Shown here: piece after piece, positions 57,014 through 64,000 of the stretch | How positions within the stretch are numbered: the stretch's first letter is position 1 | How the letters are laid out: the number at the start of each line of letters is the position of its first letter | Assembly: GCA_965226045.1 (NCBI GenBank) | Contig: CBDDBU010000024.1 | Span: forward strand, 68,425-132,424 | Reading direction: 5' to 3' | DNA from: Alphaproteobacteria bacterium | Lineage (GTDB): Bacteria; Pseudomonadota; Alphaproteobacteria; VGEJ01 | Length of the DNA: 64,000 bases | Made by a program: the position numbers and the translations under genes | Notes under the pieces: generated by a model | The model's input: only the letters and a program-made list of their open reading frames with translations | The model's database searches: none | What the model was told of the DNA's origin: nothing

Positions 57014-58045
57014 TTAGGGCGTTGCGGCAGTCCAGGTGCTTGGCACGCCGCAGCCCACCTCCGCCACGATTTCGAAGGAGCGCAGGCGGTTGGCGTGGTC
57101 GTAGATGTGCGAGGTGATGAGGAGTTCATCGGCTTGGGTGAGTGCGGCGAAGTCCGCCATCGCGGCCCGCACCGCTTCGGGCGGACCCGCGACCGAGCAC
57201 GACAGGCTGTTGTCGAGCATCTGCTTTTCCTGTGGCGTGAGCGTTTCCTCGAACCCCTCCACAGGGGGTGGCAAAGGGCCGGGCCGTCCCTGCCGGAGAC
57301 TGAGAAAGCTCTGTTGATGGGAACTGCGCAAGACTTTCGCCTCTTCAACGGTATCGGCCGCGAACACGTTGAGGCCGACCATCAGATACGGCGCCGCTAG
57401 CTGCTCCGAGGGCCGAAATTCGGACCGGTAGAGCTTGATCGCCTGCATCAGCGCGGCGGGCGCGAAATGCGAGGCAAACGCATAGGGCAGGCCGGCCAAG
57501 GCCGCGAGCTGGGCACCAAACAGGCTCGATCCCAAGATCCAGAGGGGCACCCCAAGGCCAGCGCCCGGCACCGCCTGAACGGCCTGACCTGGCTCGGTCG
57601 CGCAAAAATAGTGCTGAAGTTCCATAACATCGCGCGGAAACTCGTCGGGGTCGCTCTGCAGCGTGCGGCGGAGCGCCCGCGAGGTGAGCTGATCGGTGCC
57701 CGGCGCCCGGCCGAGACCAAGATCGATACGGCCAGGATATAGCGCTTCTAGGGTCCCAAACTGCTCGGCGATCACGAGCGGAGCATGGTTAGGAAGCATC
57801 ACCCCGCCCGCACCGACGCGGATCGTTGACGTGCCCCCCGCGACATGGCCGATGACGACGGCGGTCGCGGCGCTGGCGATGCCGGTCATGTTGTGATGTT
57901 CGGCCAACCAATAGCGGTTGAAGCCCCATTTCTCGGCGTGGCGCGCGAGATCCAGAGTATTCGCGAGTGCCAGCGAGGCGCTGCCCTCCTCGGTGATGGG
58001 CGACAGATCGAGAACCGACAGCGGCGGTAGGTGCGGCATGGTCAT
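57014..58045 (-). CDS. LLM-class flavin-dependent oxidoreductase (YhbW-like)
   Basis: [40 protein letters not shown]. Confidence 0.93.
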   Translation of the reverse strand: MTMPHLPPLSVLDLSPITEEGSASLALANTLDLARHAEKWGFNRYWLAEHHNMTGIASAATAVVIGHVAGGTSTIRVGAGGVMLPNHAPLVIAEQFGTLEALYPGRIDLGLGRAPGTDQLTSRALRRTLQSDPDEFPRDVMELQHYFCATEPGQAVQAVPGAGLGVPLWILGSSLFGAQLAALAGLPYAFASHFAPAALMQAIKLYRSEFRPSEQLAAPYLMVGLNVFAADTVEEAKVLRSSHQQSFLSLRQGRPGPLPPPVEGFEETLTPQEKQMLDNSLSCSVAGPPEAVRAAMADFAALTQADELLITSHIYDHANRLRSFEIVAEVGCGVPSTWTAATP

Positions 58046-58094
58046 CAGGATTCACGCCTATCTTCGATTTGCTTGGGGGCGTTTGTGAGCCGCC

Positions 58095-59622
58095 TCAGCA
58101 TATGAAAGTCGAGGTCGACGCGGTCGATACTAGCCGCCTCGCCACGCCGCAACCACGGCGACGCCCACGGTTCAAATCGGCAAGGGATGCGGCTTTAGCG
58201 TATGCCCGGCGAGCGCCGTCGTGCTCATCCAGGCCGTCGAGCGCACGCGCGGTCAGCTTCCAATTCGTCGGACTGGTCGGTTTCAGCGCGGTGCGTTCGT
58301 TGGCCAACGCAAGGGCTAGCTTGTAGCGCTTGGCGCGCAGCGCCGCCTCCAGCAGAGTCCACGCGATGAGGTCTCGCTGAGCATGACTGCCTCCAAGGCG
58401 GTCGGTACGGTGTCGGATCGGCAGCAATAGCTCGACCACTTGGTCATAGTCACCGGTCGCGAAAGCCTGGGCCGCGCGGCAGAACGGAATGCCGATCTCG
58501 CGAGTCATCCCGACATTGGGTCGCTCGCGTGGTCGGCGTAGCGCTCGGTCGCGTTGGGCATTGACCGCGCCGTCTCGTCACGACCATCGCACACAAAGGT
58601 CATCATGGCGTGCACGTCATTGAACGCGTAGAGCGTGTCCTTGGCTGAACGTTCCCATTTTTCGGCCAATCCATGCCACCGGTCGCCGCTTCCCATTTTT
58701 CGGCCAATCCATGCCACGGTCGCCGACGTCGACGTTGAGTTTGAGACGCCAAAGAAGTGCGGAAGCGTCCAGCTCCTCGCGCTTATCGCCTTCCGGGTCA
58801 GCGGAGTTCAGGTGATCGTCGAAGATCTCGAGGGCCCTGTCATGCTGCTCCAAGTCGATGTGGAATAGCGCCAGATGCCACCACAAGTGGTTGGCAAAAT
58901 TGCTGGTCGCCTAGTCGGTTTGGCGGGTCATCAGCCAGCCGATGCCCCCCTGCTGGCGTCCCTGCATTTCCATGACGTGAGCGACCGCATGACTGGCGTA
59001 GACGTCGTTCGGGTTCATGGCGACCGCCCGCCGGCCCAGTTCCTCGGCGCGTGGGAAGTCGCGGCACTCCTCTAGGCCAAAGGCATAGAACCCAAGGACA
59101 AAGCCATAGACCGGTAGGCCTTCGTCCCAGGCGGGCCAAACCCGGGCCACCACGTCGCGCTCATCCACGATATCGCCTAGCAGCACGTCGGTCAGGTGGA
59201 CCAGCTGTAGGGCGAGCAGGTCACGCGGGTATTCCACGAGAACGGCCCGCCAGCGCTGCACCGCGCCATAGAAATCGCCATCCCCAGGCACGCAGGGCGG
59301 CGATGTGGCCGCGTTCCCGGTCGTTCGCCTGGTCCGCCAGAGCCTCCGCGGCGACCAAGCTGGCGCGCATGTCCTCGTAGATTCGAGGCTCCATGGTCTG
59401 GGTCAGCAATCCCGCCTTGAAGCAGTGCCCCATGACGAAGTCGGGATTCCGTCGCAGTGTCTTGTCGATCTCGGCGACAGCATCGCTCCGGAACGACAAA
59501 CTCAGCTCGTGCGCTGCCTCCAGCTCGTCGATGAGGCCGCGTTGGGCGGTCGAAACCGGCATACCCCTCGAATCCGCGAGGCCGCTGGAATCTGCGGGGC
59601 TGCCGGAATCGGCAAGGCTCAT
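58095..59622 (-). pseudogene. TTC38-like tetratricopeptide protein, several frameshifts
   Basis: YAFGLEE..AVA.NPNDVYASHAVAHVMEMQG, HLWWHLALF, DASALLWRL, GGSHAQRD, split over several frames. Confidence 0.85.
58652..58725. repeat. 38-bp tandem duplication inside the TTC38-like pseudogene
   Basis: TTCCCATTTTTCGGCCAATCCATGCCAC(C)GGTCGCCG occurs twice; the second copy lacks one C. Confidence 0.92.
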
Positions 59623-59638
59623 GGCTGACGCCCTCGGG

Positions 59639-60518
59639 TCAAAAGCGCCCGTCGTAGGCTTGCGGGCCGATCTTGGCCGCGACCAGAGTGAAGGTCTCCG
59701 ACCTCAAGCCGTCGAGGACCGCCCGATGAAGTTCCTTGCGATGGTCGACCGCGACACCCACCCCGCCCCGCGCCGCCAAGCGCCAGCGCCTCGTCCTCCG
59801 AAAACACGCCTTTCGCCTTGTAGGTCGTCAGGACCGGGATGTGGAACGTCCTGGCGAAGTCCGCGACGGCCGCCTCCGCGCGCTGGGCCAGGACCTCCAG
59901 ACCGGCGATCAAGATCGGCCGTTCGGCTCGGGCCAGCGCCCGGCGAGCGGCGTCCAACGCCGGGCCTGGCGCCGGCGCCATCGCGCCTCGGCGCGTCGGA
60001 AGAAAGTCCCTCGCCGCCGGCTGTTCGGCGCCAGCGAGCGACATCGGCACGTCGATATGAACCGGCCCGGGCCGGCCTTCCATGGCGATCGCCAGCGCTT
60101 TGTCGACCAGGATATCGACCGCGCCGTCGACCAAGGTCAAGCTCGCCTTGGCTACGGGTCGCAAGACTGCGGTGTGATCGAAGACCTGGTGGGTGTATCC
60201 GGCAGCCTCCGCCGCGTCGACGCGGCCGGTGAGAAAAATCAAAGGCACCCGATCCTGAGCCGCGTTGGCCACCACGTTCACCGCATTGGCGACCCCGGGT
60301 CCCAGTGTCGCCAGTAGGATGCCAGGAGCGCCGGTCACATGGTAGGAACCCTCGGCCATGAAGCCGGCGGCGTTTTCGTGTTTGGCGAGATGGAAGGCGA
60401 TGCCGGCGGCCGACAAGGCGTCCAAAACCGTTAGGACTTCGCCGCCAGGGATGCCGAACGCATGCCGGCAGCCGGCTTTGTACAGGCGCTCGGCCAGGAT
60501 CCGTGCGGCGGTGGGCAT
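59639..60518 (-). pseudogene. Thiamine-diphosphate enzyme (acetolactate synthase-like) with a large internal deletion
   Basis: AFGIPGG..HENAAGFMAEG..GPG, PGPVHID, TTYKAKG..ALGGAG joined out of frame to the C-terminus ..TLVAAKIGPQAYDGRF*. Confidence 0.85.
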
Positions 60519-60720
60519 GGCGCGTCCGGGAACCACGGTCACGACGCTAGATTCTCATACATTCGATGCCGACACGACCCCAGACGTGACTCGGCACCCT
60601 TCTGGGCTCCAACAGTGCTGCGTAGCGAGAGGTGCGTGAGCCAAGCGTGCTCCGGATTCCGCTATACCCCCGACGCGAGAAGGCCTCGCTCAACCACGTC
60701 GCCGCGACACGAACTCAGGG

Positions 60721-62040
60721 TCACACGGATTGTGCGCGATCGAGCACCTCCGCGCGGTTGTCGAGAAATGCGGTGGCAGCCATGACAAACCGGTCGAGGT
60801 CGGCTTGTTCGAGGGCGAGCGAGAGGCTCATGAAGCCGCGCCGGGCGAGATGCTGGCCCTGGGCGAGCATGTCGAGATGAAAGAGCGTCAGCGCGTCCTT
60901 GTTGGCGGAGGCGACGTCTTCCGGGCGGGTGATGGGCGCGCGCCGAACGTGCACGTTCATCATCGAGCCATAGCCTGTCACCTGGAACGGCAGGTCGCGT
61001 TCCCGCGCGGCGGCGTTGAGCGCTGTCCGAAGATCCTCGCCGCGGTCGTTGAGGGTTTGGGCCGCCTCGGCGGTGTAGACCTTGCTCAAGCCGGCGAGTC
61101 CAGCGGCCATGCTCAGGACGTTGTTGTTGAACGTGCCCGCGTGCTGAAAAGCACCCTCCCGGGTCAAGTCGAAGCGTCCCATGATGTCGGCGCGACCGCC
61201 GAACGCCCCGAACGTCATGCCGCCGCCGACGTACTTCCCGAACACGGTGAGGTCGGGGAGGATGTCGAGGGCCGCCTGCATCCCCCCGGGCGACAGCCGC
61301 GAGGTCATCACTTCGTCGAACACGAGGACGATGCCGTGCCGGGTTGCCGCCGCCCGCAGCGCCTCGAGGAACTCGCGATCCGCCGGGATGCACCCGCCGC
61401 CGCCCATCACCGGCTCGATCACGATCGCCGCCAGCACCTCGGCGTGAGCCTCGATGGTCGCGAGCGTGCGCTCCGCGTCGTTGAAGTGACCCATGACGTA
61501 GTCGAGGGGCACGTTCAGCTCCGAGTGGGGCGGGGCGAACATGAACACCCCGCCGTGGTAGCCGTACTCGAACACCATGACATGGGTGCGCCCTGTGAAC
61601 GCGCGGGCGGCAAGCACCGACATCAGGCTTCCTTCGGTGCCCGAGTTGGTGAAGCGGACCAGCTCCACCGACGGGAAACGTGCGCACATCGTCGCGGCGA
61701 GACCCGTCTCGTAGACGTTGTTGGCGCCGAGCGAAACGCCGTCGTCGAGCGCCTCTTTCACCGCCGCGCGGATCACCGGGTCCGAGTGGCCGAACAGGCC
61801 GGCGGTGAAGTCGTTGAGGAAATCAGTGTAGTGGTGGTCGTCGACGTCCCACAGGTTGGCCCCTTCGGCGCGGCGCACGGTCAGAGGGAACGGCGTGTAG
61901 AAGAGGGAGGTGCGGGTGCTGCCGCCGGGGATCAAGGCCCGAGCCTCCTGCCAGCGCGCCTCGCTTCGCGGGTTGGCCGCCACATACGCGCGCTCGGCCT
62001 CGTAGATCGCATCGTGCAGTGTGAAGTTCGGGTCCGCCAT
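60721..62040 (-). CDS. Class III PLP aminotransferase (GSA aminomutase-like)
   Basis: PGG.TR, RFTNSGTE, YHG, IEP, FDEVMT, FGKYVGGG, AGTFNNN. Confidence 0.9.
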   Translation of the reverse strand: MADPNFTLHDAIYEAERAYVAANPRSEARWQEARALIPGGSTRTSLFYTPFPLTVRRAEGANLWDVDDHHYTDFLNDFTAGLFGHSDPVIRAAVKEALDDGVSLGANNVYETGLAATMCARFPSVELVRFTNSGTEGSLMSVLAARAFTGRTHVMVFEYGYHGGVFMFAPPHSELNVPLDYVMGHFNDAERTLATIEAHAEVLAAIVIEPVMGGGGCIPADREFLEALRAAATRHGIVLVFDEVMTSRLSPGGMQAALDILPDLTVFGKYVGGGMTFGAFGGRADIMGRFDLTREGAFQHAGTFNNNVLSMAAGLAGLSKVYTAEAAQTLNDRGEDLRTALNAAARERDLPFQVTGYGSMMNVHVRRAPITRPEDVASANKDALTLFHLDMLAQGQHLARRGFMSLSLALEQADLDRFVMAATAFLDNRAEVLDRAQSV

Positions 62041-62072
62041 GATTCGCTGAAGCCTCCGGCTATCAGTACCGT

Positions 62073-63185
62073 TCACTCCGGTACGACGATGCAATCCTCC
62101 TTGGGCCACCACAGGTGCGTGACCTGGGAGATATCGAGGGTACGATCCCAGATCCGCGCGCTCACCGTGCCGAGCTTGGTGTCCGCTGGCTGATCGAGAT
62201 ACTTGCCTTTGTAGATCGTGTTTCCGGGCCGGCAAGCGACGAGGTTGGGTCGATCGTTCCCGGCCGCATCGCCCAGCTCCAAACGTACCCGCTCGGCTCG
62301 AACGCCAACACACACGCGATCGCCCGGCGCCGGCTCGGCCCCTCCGCACCACATTCCCTGCACGGACACCTCGCCGAGGCTGACCACCGCGCTGATCCCG
62401 TTCTGGCGCTCCAAAACGCCCGAGAAGAGATTCTCGACGCCCATGAAATCGGCGACGAACCGGCTCGCTGGGCGATCGAACAGATCGCGCGGCGGCCCCT
62501 CCTGGACGATCCGCCCCCGGCTCATCAGGATCACCCGGTCGCTCATGGTGAGCGCTTCTTCCTGGCTGTGGGTCACGTAGATGAAGGTCATGCCGAGTCG
62601 GCGGTGGAGATCGAGCAGTTCAACCTGCATCTCGAGCCGCAGCTTCTCGTCGAGGGCACCGAGGGGCTCGTCCAGAAGTAGAATGGCCGGCTGCGTGACG
62701 AGCGAGCGCGCGAGAGCAATGCGCTGGCGCTCTCCGCCGCTCAGCTGATGGACACGGCGCTCGTATTTGTCAGACAGCCGGACGAGCTGTAGTGCCTCCA
62801 TCGCCCGCCGTCGGCGTTCCGGCTGCGGCACCTTCCGTACCCGCAAGCCATACGCGACGTTCTCGCCGACCGACATATGGGGAAACAGTGCGTAGTGCTG
62901 GAACACTGTCGTGCAGTTGCGATCCGATGCCGGAACGTTTGAGACGTCCTGATCCGCGATCGACAGACGTGCGATCTCGCTTGGTGTCTCCAAGCCTGAG
63001 ACGATGCGCAAGAGTGTGGTCTTGCCCGAACCGCTCTCGCCCAGCAGGGTCAGGAACTCACCGGGAGCGGCCGTCACCGAGACGCCGTCGAGCGCGACCA
63101 CGTCGCCAAAACGATGGGTCGCGTTGACCACTTCCAAGATGGGCGGTGAGGTGGATTGGCTGATTTCTCGATCGGGCGTGCTCAT
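62073..63185 (-). CDS. ABC transporter ATP-binding protein (PotA-like)
   Basis: GESGSGKT, VFQHYALFPH, LSGGERQR, LLLDEPLGALD, YVTHSQEEA, TOBE-like tail. Confidence 0.93.
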   Translation of the reverse strand: MSTPDREISQSTSPPILEVVNATHRFGDVVALDGVSVTAAPGEFLTLLGESGSGKTTLLRIVSGLETPSEIARLSIADQDVSNVPASDRNCTTVFQHYALFPHMSVGENVAYGLRVRKVPQPERRRRAMEALQLVRLSDKYERRVHQLSGGERQRIALARSLVTQPAILLLDEPLGALDEKLRLEMQVELLDLHRRLGMTFIYVTHSQEEALTMSDRVILMSRGRIVQEGPPRDLFDRPASRFVADFMGVENLFSGVLERQNGISAVVSLGEVSVQGMWCGGAEPAPGDRVCVGVRAERVRLELGDAAGNDRPNLVACRPGNTIYKGKYLDQPADTKLGTVSARIWDRTLDISQVTHLWWPKEDCIVVPE

Positions 63186-63421
63186 GCTCTCCCCTTTGCC
63201 CCCTGTCGGCCTTTGCATGGGCCCTCTTCCGGACGGCGATACCGAGGCTCTGCGACTCCCGAGAAAGGCTAGCCGCCGGGAGCTGTCGCCGCAACGTGGC
63301 TTGCCACGCGCCGGAGAGGGGCCATGACAACGTCGGTCGCCGAGCGTAGTCTTTTCTACACGGCCTCCTTGGAACGACCGATATGGCTGTTCGCTGGGGC
63401 CTAACAAAGGAAGGCAATGTC

Positions 63422-64000
63422 ATGGATGTACCGACCGAACATCGGCAGTCCGGTGCGACGCGTAGAAACGTGCTCAAAGGCGCGGCGGCGACCGGTGCGG
63501 CGCTCGCCGCGAGCAGCATCCCCGGTGCCGCAAAGGCGGCTGACAACGTGATCCGCGGGTATGGTGTGAACACCGGCGCACTCAAGGACTGGGGCCTGTT
63601 CGCCAATTCGACGGGCCTTGTCATGGACTATACCGAGACCAACACCGATCCGGGCGTCTTCATCCGCGATGTGGTCGCCAACGAGATCGGCGAGGACTAC
63701 GACTTCTTCGTCTTTGATGGTGGCATGGAAGACGTGCTCGGTCCTCAGGGTATATTTCTAGAGGTCGACCAGAGTCACCCCGAGCTCACCTTGTGGGATC
63801 GCACGTCGAAGGACTTCAAGTACGCCGGCATCACCCAGGACGACGAGGGTCGGCAGTGGGGCTTCCCCATGGTCAACAACGCCGACAGCTTCGGCTTCTG
63901 GCCGGAGGACCTCGACATCGCCGATCCGCTCGCGCCCACGACCTGGGAGTTCGTCTTCGAGAGCGAAAAGACACGCGGTCGCGTCGCCGTCGACAAGGAA
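63422..64000 (+). CDS. Tat-exported ABC substrate-binding protein (PotD-like), runs off the right edge
   Basis: AAAGGAAGG upstream; open frame MDVPTEHRQSGATRRNVLKGAAATGAALAA..WGFPMVNNADSFGF; absent from the ORF track because it has no stop. Confidence 0.8.
   Translation, partial: MDVPTEHRQSGATRRNVLKGAAATGAALAASSIPGAAKAADNVIRGYGVNTGALKDWGLFANSTGLVMDYTETNTDPGVFIRDVVANEIGEDYDFFVFDGGMEDVLGPQGIFLEVDQSHPELTLWDRTSKDFKYAGITQDDEGRQWGFPMVNNADSFGFWPEDLDIADPLAPTTWEFVFESEKTRGRVAVDKE

Noticed and set aside
60543-60720. TPP riboswitch upstream of the ThDP enzyme
   Set aside because: The conserved CTGAGA and GAACCTGAT elements were not found on the minus strand
59393-62193. Long plus-strand ORFs 59393..60232 and 60730..62193
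   Set aside because: Antisense shadows of the ThDP pseudogene and the aminotransferase, with no motifs
63291-63306. Sigma-54 promoter for the PotA-like gene (TGGCAAGCCACGTTGC)
   Set aside because: GG-to-GC spacing is one base too long for the strict -24/-12 geometry

Overview
High-GC bacterial chromosome segment, most likely an alphaproteobacterium (DUF1674-rsmB-rpe-heparinase II/III block, alphaproteobacterial-type Fur). No rRNA, tRNA or CRISPR array was found. Core genes are intact (acs 3' end, rsmB, rpe, fur, recQ, rmlC). They are interspersed with catabolic and transport modules, one complete IS21 with a 6-bp target duplication, a decayed IS21, one complete and one partial IS6, and roughly 18-20 broken or fragmentary genes. 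The lesions include in-frame stops, frameshifts, clean internal deletions and a tandem duplication, which suggests ongoing genome erosion. The best candidates for something undescribed are: (1) a ten-gene CoA-dependent ring-cleavage-like operon (38.4-48.1 kb) with a BadI/MenB-type enzyme carrying an altered oxyanion loop, a paired normal and Rossmann-less 3-hydroxyacyl-CoA dehydrogenase, and a divergent AroQ-like protein; (2) a 59-bp double-palindrome operator over a probably leaderless DUF2239 promoter; and (3) an unexplained ~84-bp direct repeat flanking a CitE-like gene. All product calls come from motif recognition by eye, with no database searches.
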